Source: Raillietiella orientalis
Lineage: Eukaryota
Length of the DNA stretch: 64,000 nucleotides
NCBI GenBank assembly: GCA_036172245.1
Contig: JAYWIR010000008.1
Location: forward strand, 4,402,001 to 4,466,000
Direction: 5' to 3'
Part shown: positions 23,400-34,180 of the stretch, one piece after another
How the letters are laid out: every line of letters starts with the position of its first letter
Position numbering within the stretch: position 1 is the stretch's first letter
The notes under the pieces: model-generated
What the model was told of the DNA's origin: nothing
Seen by the model: the letters and a program-made list of their open reading frames with translations, nothing else
Database searches by the model: none
Position numbers and translations under genes: made by a program

Positions 23400-24430
23400 C
23401 TGATGACCTGTCCCACTGCCCATAGAAGGGGTGCGTCCGAATCGAAGGGACTAGGCCGAGAAATTTATGAGATTGAAGGTTTGTGGAATCCAAGATCAGG
23501 TGTGCATCCGGATAATCGAAGGAGCTCACTGCGCCAAAGTTCCTCCGCGGTCGAGCTCAGAGTGTCCTGCGCCGCTGCCTAGACGACGTATTCTGAGTCG
23601 TCCGACCTGTAGCCGTGCCTTCGGGCGGAGAGTTCTCCAGCGCCACCTGGGGCCGTCGAGAGACGCCGTCGGTGAAGGTGTGAGCTACCGACGGCACCGC
23701 GTGCACTGGGTGGTCATGAGGGGCGACAGCAGAGCGCCAACAGGAGGAGGATCGCGAAGGACGGGGTGTCCTTGAGAGCTTCTTGCCGATTGGCGCCAGG
23801 AAGCCTCTCGATCTGCGGACCTCGGCACGAAACCGCAGGGGATTTGCGGGGCGCGTGGGAGAAGAGGAGATCGAGAAAGAGCGGAGCCAGCTGGAAACAG
23901 GACTCAGCATCATCGACGTAGGACGGGCCTGTGAATCCCGCAGATGAACAGGGGGCTGCCCTGCTTCTGGTGCCTGCCCTGGAGGAAGGGTCAGATGATT
24001 TCTGGCACCACTAGCTTCGTTCTTCGTCTCCCCCATCGTCAGCTCCGCGTGGGGGGATGAGTTGGGATGAGGTGGTCCTGTCGCCGCTATCCCCGTGGTT
24101 TCTCTCCCGCTTCAGTCTCTGTAGCTCTCAGCAAAGATCCTCTGAGGCCAGCGACCTTTCCTGGCTGCCCATTCGAACTCAAAAAGCCGTCGACATTGGC
24201 CACTCTCTTCCAGGAGGAAGGGGCCTTGTTCCTTCCGATTGCTTCCTGCTTCCCTGCGGCGCACTCCTCGGCTCCTGAGCGAAGCGCGCGTGCGCAGAAA
24301 GTGGTCCACTTTCTCTGGGGAGATCTCCAACTTCTCTCTCTCTCTCTCTCCACCTCTGCGTCGAGAAGTGCAGCCACGCCTATGTCCCAGGAAGATTTGG
24401 CTTAGGAATTCTTCAGGGATGCTGAGTTAA
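23400..24430 (-). mobile_element. Decayed LINE RT (I-like)
   Basis: KAPSSWKRVANV..GQPGKVAGLRG (~P.SWK.A..K...RPI), HTFTDGV (~FxDD), HKFLGLV (~KFLG.xD). May extend to ~25300. Confidence 0.55.
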
Positions 24431-25699
24431 TCTTGTCGAGGAGCCGATCTCCGGCACTGCCAGCCTCTCTGCGAAGGCGACCGAGTTGACGACGGCTGCC
24501 CGTCGCTCGGCCCTCTTGGGTCCGTCGGTCCCCTCTGTAGCCGCTGATGGGGTACGCTCCTCTTCCCAAGCACGTCCTACTTGAAGTGGATGGCGGCGGC
24601 GCAAGTCCAAGGAACGGACCAAGGGGACCGTCCTCAGGAAGCGTAGAGAGCAGCCCGCGGGACCGGAAGAGGGTAGTGGAAAACCGACGCAGCCTCCAGC
24701 AGAGACGTTCCGATCTGGCACATCGAGCTGCGCACGACTCGCCGCCGCTTCCATCCGCCTCTGGAGATCACCGAGGAGGTGGAGGGAAACGGGGCGAACG
24801 AAGCGGCGGGAATTTCCTGCAGCTGCTGAAAACGGGACGCAGCAACTCGCCTCTCCTTTTCTGCAGGGATGTCTGCCGCTTTTCGTCCACCCCCCTCAAT
24901 CCTGGAGTTGGACGATGTTGCCTTTCATGGCGCCGCTCCAAGAGGTCGAGAGAGGTCTCCGGAGTGCGTGGGTGGGGAGGAGGGAACCCGTGGCTGGTCT
25001 TCGGAACTCATGCTCGGCGCCACAGATGCAGTTCGCCTTCTTTACGCGACCTCCGGGCATCCATGGTCAGCTCCTAATCCCCGCGGCGTGACTGGGCCGG
25101 AACGCTGCCGCCAGCACCCCCAGGGCCCCACGAGCTCCTGGCTCGCCTCCTATTCAACTGAGCGAGCGAGCAGGAGGGCGAGGTTTCCGCTTTCCACTTT
25201 CTCTTTCGTCTCAACAAAGGCTCGCAAGCACTCGCCTCGCGCCGGGAAGATCCGTTGGTCGTCCCGGGGTTGGCGGAAACTCTCCCTTGTCCGCTTCATC
25301 CCCGCCCCTCCCGTCTCCCGCGCGCTTTGTCCGTGCTCCGGCTCTGACAACAACCCACCCTTCCCTGTGGAGCATCGTTCAAAGCGGGAGGAGAGAGACG
25401 TTGTTACCAGAAAGAAGCAGGAGCAGTGAAGGAAGAGGCGAGCGGCGCCGTTTCCATGCAGCCATGACGACGGCCAAGCAAGCGGAGAGCTTCATCCCGA
25501 GCAGCTGTTGTGGCGCGCGAGCTCTCCCGGGACACTTCCGGAGTGGACGCTTCTGGATGGTGGGATGGGGGTCACTCCGTCAGAGGTGCGCCAGTTTCCG
25601 CAGCAGACGCGCACGTATGCGCCGACTGATGAACACGGTTCCCAGCCGCTTCACACTGCCAGAGGCTCCGGGCCCAGCTGCTCAAAGGCGAACCCAGAG

Positions 25700-27527
25700 G
25701 ACCTTGAGGACAGCGGCGGCGGAAGACGGGGTGGAAGCGTCGCCAACTGATGAGGATCCGTGGCTGAATTTGCCCCCGTCCCGGAGGAATGGACTCGGGG
25801 AAGAGAGCAGACTCACCAACTACCTAAGAAGTGCTTGGGCAATGGGAAGGCCGGCTTCCGGAGAATGAAGGAGGTGGACCGTTGAGGAATGACACTTGAG
25901 CACTCCACTATCGACAAGCATGCGAGGAAGACAGGCTCAGGTGGACAGACGCGATTCAGTGAGAGGGCGGAAGCACAGGCACTTTTTCGGGAAGAAGCAG
26001 CCACATCAAGGAAAGACGTGCTGGGCGACTCCGGACTTGGCCGCACCTTGCGCCCAACAGCGAGTGTCTCAGAACTACGGGTTTCATCCGTGCCGGGAGA
26101 GTTGTGACTTCCTGCCAGCATGGGCGCAGCCTGCCGGTGCAGTGGGTGATGGGTCGCCTGGTCACATCCTCGACAGGTGCGTCAACAACCAAACGACTGA
26201 CCGTGACAAGCTAGTGACCCCGGATCAAGAGTTACGCTGGTGCACTAGAGTTTGGCAGTCTCTGATCACACCATCCTGGGAATAAACCATCCTCAAAGTG
26301 GACAACCAGATTGGGTGCTCCAGGGCAAGGGGAAAGTGGTCGCACTGCAGGTCGCTTGCATGGAGAGTCATGCATCCTCAGCTTTAGAAGAGGCAAGACG
26401 CAAGGTGGAGAGCCAACACAGAGGGCTGCCTCCGAACCCCGCTGCTCGCGTGCTCTCACGCCAGCAATACCGGCGGGATCCCTGGAATCTTGGGATAAGG
26501 GAAACGAAGAAACACCGGGAGAGTTGAAAATTCCTCAAACGGGCAGGTCTGCTCATCGAGAAAGAAATGGTGAGCTCAAGCAAACATCATTCCCAGGATG
26601 TAAATTGAAAGCACACGTTGGTTCACACCGCATGTGATGGGGAAACCCCTTGAAAACAACAGGACTAAGAGGAGATGCATCTTCCATCTTCCTCGATGAC
26701 GCTCCGATGACCAACGGACACTTTGCAGAGCGGCAGACACACCTGCTCTCAGGGGACACGGGTGATTCAGCTGGAAAGCTTCGAGCTCTAGATGACCTAA
26801 TCACGCGGCTTGCCTTCTGGGGATGGCGGCACACTTGCTTGCCTGCCTGCCTTTGTCACGTGGTCTAGCTGTTCCCTGACTGAACCAGCCGAGAATGTTG
26901 TCCGTTTCACAGACAAACATCCTAGGTTGAGCCTGCCCTCTTTGGTTAATGACCCTCCGATATCTCTGGGATCGCCTCGCGACTATCCTAGGAATCCCGA
27001 CGGGCGGCCCCAGGGACACTTTCAGACGCCTCTTCGTGCACAGTGCCGCACTGCCGCCACCGGCCGCGTCCCTCGCAGTGCCCTGCTGTCTCCGCGGGAT
27101 CACGGCGGTGGGAAGGCTAGAAGAGACCGAAATGGCAGAGACGCCACCCACTGGGCGCATATTCCTGAGGACCATCTCGAGATGGCCCCATATCGAGGTA
27201 GTCCTCAGGAACCGGATAGTGCCCACCTGGGCACTATCCGGACAGAACTTGCCAGCAGCATCCTGAACAGGATGCAGAGGACCCCGGGAGCGCATCTTAT
27301 GATCTCTTTCTCGGCCCCCTTCCCCTCTTCCAGTATATGTTTTCCCTTTTCTTGTTTTGTTTATTTTTTTGTGTTTTTGCCTTCCCTTCCCTCACACTGC
27401 CGGAGCGGGGCGCTGGTCTGCGCACCGCTCTTCGGCAGGTTAGTTGCATGTGGTAGAACCAACGGTTCTACGACAAAAATGTACTTTTATTACGTAACGT
27501 AATAAATGCCCCAGCATAACCGGGTGA
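25700..27527 (+). mobile_element. 3' half of RLE-type family element (best-preserved RLE domain)
   Basis: KQPHQGK, FIRA, CRC..GSPGHILDRC..TDRDKLV (~25990-26215); QPDWVLQGKGKVVALQVACME..ALEEARRK and AIPAGSLESWDKGNEE (RLE, ~26300-26520); LWDRLATILGIP..CCLRGI..RWPH (~26960-27190); AATAAA at 27501-27506. Confidence 0.75.
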
Positions 27528-27779
27528 GGTCGGAGGTCCGAGGGTAGGGCAGTCCAACAGCAGGTGCGGGAGGGTTGACCTAGGATGATGGAAATTTGGG
27601 AAGATTCCTCTGTTTTTCCTGCTTTCATTCCAGCTTTTCCTTTGCTTCTGGTTTTCTTTTTTCTTTTTGGTTGTCAGGGAGTGCTGAAGAACCGTTCGCC
27701 TCCTTAGGGGGAGCTCACGAAGATCTTCAATACTGTTCCATGCTGCTCGAGGGTGCAAGTGAAGGGACTAACTCTAGTG

Positions 27780-28400
27780 GAATCCTTCAAGTGAGGGAAT
27801 AACCTCGCAGGAACCATCCTATGAATCCTGAAATGCTTCGGAGGAAGGAACCCGTTCCTCTCACGCTTGGTAGGGAATCTCTAGGGGAATCCTTCACCTT
27901 GGTTGCATCCAGGGGATCCCTCTGGAGGAAACTCTCCTTGTTTCATCCTCTGAAGTGAACCCCGAATGTTCGCTTCCGAATTTCCATGAAGGGTCGCTCC
28001 CCGAAGGGAGCAGCTCTCTTCTTCACACTCTGGAGTGATATCAATCCACCATCTCCATGGTATGAAAAGGCATCCCCCCTCCCCCCTCCCCCAAGGATAG
28101 AGGAGGCTCCATTTTTACAACCGGAGGGAAACAACCCTGAAAGGAACCGACTCCGTGATTCCTGGAAGGACCCCGGACTCCTAATCCCGGCCAGTCAGCG
28201 GGAGCATCCGGGAATTTCCGGATTCCACTGGTGCCACACCCGTAGCCAGTGGACTGACCATCATTATCCTGAGATGGAAGGGGGGAGGGGAATTCGAAAC
28301 CCACGGCGCGTGCCCATTTGTCGGAGCCGGTCCTCCCGTGAGGATTTGAACCCGCAGCACTCGGTGATACGAGTGGAGGCCGTGGCCATGCGGCTCGCTC
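27780..28400 (-). mobile_element. tRNA-headed SINE-like repeat, copy 3
   Basis: ggatttgaacccgc (28342) and aattcgaaacccacggcgc (28291); gattcctggaaggacccc and ccgaagggagc..acactctgga shared with the other copies. Confidence 0.65.
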
Positions 28401-28449
28401 ATCCTTCGTTCTTGGCGACTTCTAATTCGGTGAAACTCCGAAGCCATAG

Positions 28450-29200
28450 AGACGAATTCCTTTCCGGAGAAACGAACCCTTTTCTCTCTGTTGCCAACGA
28501 ACTCAGCGTTGACCCCGGCTTGAGGCAGTCTCCTGCCTCCGAGGCAAAGCGTCAGTCTTTACGTGCCGGCTCCAGCTCGCTGGAGGAGCTGGCATGTACC
28601 ACAAGGTCTCTGAAGAGTCCCATGCATATCAGCACCGGTAAGGAATGCTGCTTTGGAGGTCAATCCTCTTCATCTCCCGATGAGGTCCCTTATTTCCTGA
28701 GCACAACATGTCAAGCGAGTCGACAGATGATCGGCGCAAGAGTAGTCCAGCTGCTTTCATCTCCAAGCCCAACGGAAGGTTTTTTTTTTCCCCCTTGCCG
28801 TTCCAATCGACTTTCTAGAACTGAACTGGGAGATTCCTCCTTGGCGTCTTCTTGCGGAAGTTTTTGAGGCCACTTTCAAGTTAGCCCATTGCAAAGTTCC
28901 GCCGACAGTCGGCGCCGCTCCAGGAAGACATTTCCGAAAGTAAGACATCTCTTCCTCGGGTTCAGGTTCGCATCTTCCATCAGCCCCTCGGATCTTCGTG
29001 TGGCAACGCCGGTTCGCTGGATTTACGTGCTCCGTGAGTTGGAAAAAACCTCGACGCGCACGGTAGGCACCTGGGGCGCAGCTGCATCGGCAGAAAGCGG
29101 TGCAGGCAAGGGCGTGATGGATGGTCATTCGTCTGATGCCGTGGCCTCTTCTCTTCCGTCCAACGATTCCGATATGCAGTCGTTTCACAGAGGATCCGAG
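28450..29200 (-). mobile_element. Decayed LINE RT fragment (RTE-like?)
   Basis: LFRDLVVHASSSSELE (~ADDLVxxAxSxxELQ); upstream motifs are weak. Confidence 0.35.
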
Positions 29201-29449
29201 GTAGATTCAGCTGTTCTCATCAAAAGACCATGTCCAAGCGACAATACGAAGCAGCCCTCAACAAGAGCTGAGGAGGTGGATCAAAGGTTTGGGACACCCT
29301 TGATCCCCTTTTGAAGAACGTTCTTTCCGTGGCTCTTCCCCGCTTCCGTTTTTAATGAGACCTGCCTCCCTTTCCCTCCGCTGAGAAAACAGAGCCAGCG
29401 GACTAAGTAGCCAGCGGTTCTACCATAGCCACGCTCCCTCGACGCTTCC

Positions 29450-29950
29450 ATGCTCCGCGCAACTGCCTTTCGAGCCACCTGCATTCGCTCTGGGCGGCTA
29501 CCACCGTGACCTCGCCTGTTAAGAAAGATGCTTTCCCCTGACGTGCGAAGATACACCGGGCTGCTCCCACTCTCCACAAGCCACTTGCTGCACTCCAGAA
29601 GGGACGTGCTGGACAAGTTGCCGCGGGCACCGTAGAGGTCCTTTGCACAGTCCCTCCTCCCCCTTCCCATTTGCTCAGCTACCTTTGAATCTCACGCAAA
29701 GGACAGCTACGTGGCAACCTGCTCTGGAAGCACGGAAAGCAAGGAGAAAGAAGTCTTCAACTCGAGCCTCTGAAACGCTGGTGCCCTCGCGCCTACCAGC
29801 CAACCGAGTACGCTCTGCATGGCACGGTGCATTTCCCTGCAGGCACACGCATTCCCTGCCCGTGGTCCCCCCTGATATGATTAGGCCTCCGCGACGTGCA
29901 CTGCAGGTGTTGATGAATTGCCGCAACGCGCTTCCCTGCTCTCTTCGGGT
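29450..29950 (+). mobile_element. Possible decayed LINE RT fragment
   Basis: YHRDLA..CEDT, ALQKG and EYA..AWH fall in LINE-like order; heavily decayed. Confidence 0.3.
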
Positions 29951-30868
29951 CTTTGTTTACACGAGGAAGCGACGGCAAGCGGGGCAAGACTTGCATGGCT
30001 GGCGGGAACCGCTCAGAGAGGTCGGACGAAGCGATCGTGGCGGACTCACCTGTGTCTTCGCGACGGGGGATGGTCCCTCCCAACGCGTGCCGGGCTTTCA
30101 ACCAGATGCGGAAACGAAACCATCGCTGTCTGAGGATGGGCCGAGGAAGGCTCTTCCGAGCTTTGACCACGAAAAGCGCTTCCCGTGGGTTTCGTGCGGC
30201 TGCGAAGTTTCTTCCCCTCCCCCCCCCCATTCTGAAACCGCCACCCTTCGCGGGGCAGCGGTCGTCCGTACGCCAGGCTGGAGAGAGCTCGCCGCTTTTC
30301 AGGGGAAGCAGGCCACTGTGGAAATGGGTGCAGGAAAGAGAGTTTAGAAAGGTTCGTCCGCACCGTGTAAAATGGGACGCGCGTTTATCAAGATTGGATT
30401 CAGGATGCGGGAATTTTCGTTCTCTTTCTCTTCCTTCGAGGCGATGGGGAGGAGGAGAAGGAGGAAACGGGGGGATTCCGGCTTCGAAAACTCTGGCCCA
30501 AAGAACAGGGAAACGAAGTTCCGGCGAAGAGCGCCATGGCTCCGCTCCAAGAGGCTGGACTGGACGGGGGCAAAAAAGAAAAAAAAAAAAAGAAAAAAAA
30601 GAAAAGTCGGGAAGGCTGGCTCCCGCAGAGCGAAACGGAAGCTCCGCCGGTGGCTGGAAAACGGGCCAGCGAGGGAAACGCTCGGCTTTTCGCAATGTCG
30701 CGCCGCGCCGAAATCGGTCGTCGTCAGCTTCTTAACGATCTCCATGCTTGCTTGGTGTGTCATTTCGATAAACAACTGATGATTTGTCGAAGGGAATTTC
30801 GATCGATTACAGTCCTTTCCCCCGATGGAAATGCTTTGCGTCGATCGACGGCGCTCCGCTGTTAGTGC

Positions 30869-30930
30869 ATATGTGTATATATGTGTGTGTGTGTGTGTGT
30901 TTTTTTTTTTTTCTTTTTCTTTCTTTCTTT
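30869..30930. repeat. (TA/TG)n microsatellite plus T-rich tract
   Basis: atatgtgtatatat(gt)n followed by poly-T/TTTC. Confidence 0.9.
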
Positions 30931-33499
30931 CTGTTCCTCCGAGCGTAGAAAGTGGTCTTGGCTTCCCTTTTTGAAAGCAGCAGTTACACAACACTCCACG
31001 TGTCTCTCGTTCGTGTATCCTCGTTGAGGCCGAGGTAATTGGAGGTTTTCCAGTCCGCATTTACGCACCTGTGCACTCTGAATGTTTGGTGCGAGACTCG
31101 AACTCGGCCCGTCGGGCGGGGGGAGGTCGCAGAGTGGCTGGGCGAGAGAGCTTTCCGTGCTGCACACCGCGGTGTTTGTTTGCTTTGCTCGCCCGCCCCC
31201 CTCCGGGCGCTTCGCGTTTCGCACGCAAACACTTGCCATGAGACTTCACTTCTTGTCACGTTAGGTGACTGATCACTTTTAAATAGCGCGCATGGGAGTG
31301 CGCAAACCGGCGGTGCTGCTGCGCGCCGTCGACGCGGTGACGGGAAACAGGGCCGGCTGGATGCTGGAGGCGAGCCGTCCCTGCCAGGAGCGCAGCTGCC
31401 CGTTGCGGCGCAGGGTGTCCACGGAACCGCCCCGGCTACGGACGCCTCCATCCTCTGTGACGAAACGCCCCTTCTCCTGCGGTTTCTGGACACGGGACCG
31501 GTCCGGGAGCAGCTGCTGAACGCTTCTCTTTCGAGCGAAAGATCCCGGGAACCGGGATTCGGAACGGGGATGTTTCGTCGCAAAGGGATGCGGGGACTCT
31601 TCGCTCACGCGCGCGTCTCCGGATTCGTGTCCGAACGCCTCGATCGACCACCAGCAGGAAGATCAACCCGAAAAGCTGATGGAGCATGGATCGCGCTGCA
31701 GGGGTTTTCTTCTTTTTTTTTTTTTTTTATTCTCTTCTCTTCATCTCGACTGCGATGCAGCAGGCGATTTCCAGACGAGGTTGCTTTGGCTTTTGCCTGC
31801 CCTTTGCCAGAGTCTGCCGCCAATTTGTTTCTGGATGCTGTTGCTAAGATGCGCGTGGTGATGCGGGCCGAGTTCGCTCCCCGTGTGACAGCAGCTTGCA
31901 TGATTTACCTGCAGTGAAGGGCGAGCACGCGTGCGCGGCCGAAGGAATGCAAGAACTAGCCCCACGTACCGGGTGCCTCTTGCATGCATGCAAGCACACG
32001 CAGGATTAGGTGGAATGGTAGTGGACAGGCGACCTACCCTCCCTTCCCCCCACCCCAACCCCCCCGGTCGTAACCAGAGCGACGAGGCTCCCGCTGCGCG
32101 CTACGGCCGTTATTCACGACAAACAAGGATGCGCGCGTTCTTGTACTGAATGAAGTACACGAAGTGCCGGGTCGCTTTTGGGGTTCTCCGCAGTCGAGAA
32201 CATGGTACATCCGCCTTCAGAATGACCGAAGGTCACTGCTGCACGTGAAACCCACGTGCAAGTGCGCAGCACCCCAAAATGGCGTCAAGCAGTTTACCGA
32301 ACAACGCACGTTCGCGTTCAGCACCCATGGGAATCTTAGTGCAGGTACCTTATTTCGGAGGTCATGCGGTACGTCTCCTTTAACGATCCAAGGCGCTCGG
32401 ACGGCGACCATCCTGAGGGCACGGCAAACATCTGTGCGAATGTGCACGCCTCTGATGCCGACACACGCGGACACCACCACGGCGTGAACGCACACGAACG
32501 CTGCGAGCGTCTGTTTGCCTTTGTTGCCCGGACGACCGCCTTGTTGCGGAGGTGAGGAAGCGCCTTCGTCCGCGCGCGAGTGCTTCCCGAGCCTGCCGGA
32601 TCGGCGCTGCCGTCTTTGCGAGGGGAGAGAATAGCGGGGCGTTGGCGTCGGCGGCGTTGCTCTTGGCGACGAGGAAGAGCGTCCTCACGGTCAGCGGGCG
32701 CTCGCTGCCAGATCACTCGGCGATTTCCTTCTCGGACGCATCTTCGGAGGGTCACCAGGCTCCTCTCGACCCACTTCGCGAGAGGGGAGGGACGCCTGTC
32801 GCACGGTGCTGACGAAAGGCCCGCCTCCTACGGCAACGCAGTGGGCTTCCGGCAGAGGGCCCGGGGAAACGGGAGCGAGGGGAGTACCCCCAGGCTCTGG
32901 GTCAGCGGGTGGCCGGAGTGCGTCGGCGCGGCACGGCGGAAGGTCGCCCGCCGCGCGCGCTCGCAGGCGATGCTCGCGCAGCTTCGCGCGAGCGGGTAGC
33001 CCGTGGAGACGAAAGGACAAGCCAAGAGACAACGGGGAGAGCAGGGGGGGAGGGAGGCGCCGAGCTGCGAGCTCGGGAGGGCTCTGGCGCCGTCCCGCCC
33101 GGAGTCGGAGGCGAGTTCGCAGCGAGTCCTCGCGCTCCGGGCAGCGCGCTTGCGCACACGGCACTTGCCGCCCAAGCGAGCGTGCTCCTCCTGGGAACGG
33201 CTGCAGGCGACGGCTGAGCGAGCTCCAGCAGCAGCACCACCACCACCTGCGGCAAGGTCCGCCGTCCTTCCGAGAGCAGGGGAGAGGTGCGAGGAGGGAG
33301 TGAGTTGCCATGGGGGACGGCGCGGCTGCTCGCTGCGTCTTGCGCTCGTGAGGCAGACCGCTGCGAGCCGCGGGACCAGGAGCCGCCCGGCAACCGCCAG
33401 CCCTAGCAACCCCTCCTCCGCCGCGACGCTGCTTGCCTTGTGCCTTCCCGTCGGCGTGGTTTCCGCATTTCGCGCTTGCCTGCCCGCGACCTCCGGGGA

Positions 33500-34180
33500 T
33501 GCCTTCCAGTTCGCCCTCGCGAGCCTGCCGACTGCCCGCAGCCAGCCCTGATCGGGAGGCGCCAAGCGCTGACCGGACAGACCCGGGGGAGGGCCACTTA
33601 GGCGCATCGCAGCTGGCCGTAGGGCTGCAGTGAGGGCCAAAGGGTCGCTCCACGGAGCAGGACCGGCGTCCGAGGAGTCGATCCCATGGGAACTCATGGC
33701 GTCTCCATGGATCCCGCAACGCCGCAGAGCTTGGCCGAGCAGTAGTCTCACTGGCCCTCTCCCGTCTCTCTCGTGGGTTCTCCCATCTTCTCCGGGACCT
33801 CATCGGATGGCCGGACCCTTGCGGGGGATGCGCTGATGTCCTCGAACCCTGAGGAAGATCCGCCTGTCTCTCTGCCTCGAAGAACGGTTCCCATGGTCCC
33901 GGGCACCACCTCCAGTGGGCCTTGGGTGGGGTCTCAGGGAGCAGCCGCCTCACTCGAGACCCCTGCTTCCTGGGAACGTCGGACGTCTCCAGCCCTTCGG
34001 TGGCTTCCCCAGGGATGTCTTTCCCGTTTTCCTGACAACCGCTACCCGAGGTGCAGGGGGCCTTCCGGGCCTCGCGATCTTTCCGAAGATGACCGCCCGC
34101 CTTCCGGCAGAAGGTCTGTGGCCGGGGCATCTTTCTCCCGCCTCTCTCACATCCGGTTGCTGGACCAGGGCGAGACCGAT
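33500..34180 (-). mobile_element. Decayed LINE RT fragment
   Basis: RCPGH, VAVVRKTGK..KGWRRPT (~xxPKxGK..YRPI), DLPQGSRTSAH, GPAPWSDPLAL (~GVPQGSPLSP). Confidence 0.45.

Noticed and set aside
22022..23416. Two 320-aa ORFs with similar peptides on opposite strands
   Set aside because: The similarity simply reflects the inverted repeat; no protein features.
32691..34130. 479-aa ORF, the longest in the track
   Set aside because: Arg/Pro/Gly/Ala-rich with no coherent domain. It overlaps a frameshifted RT remnant, and scarce stop codons are expected at this GC content.
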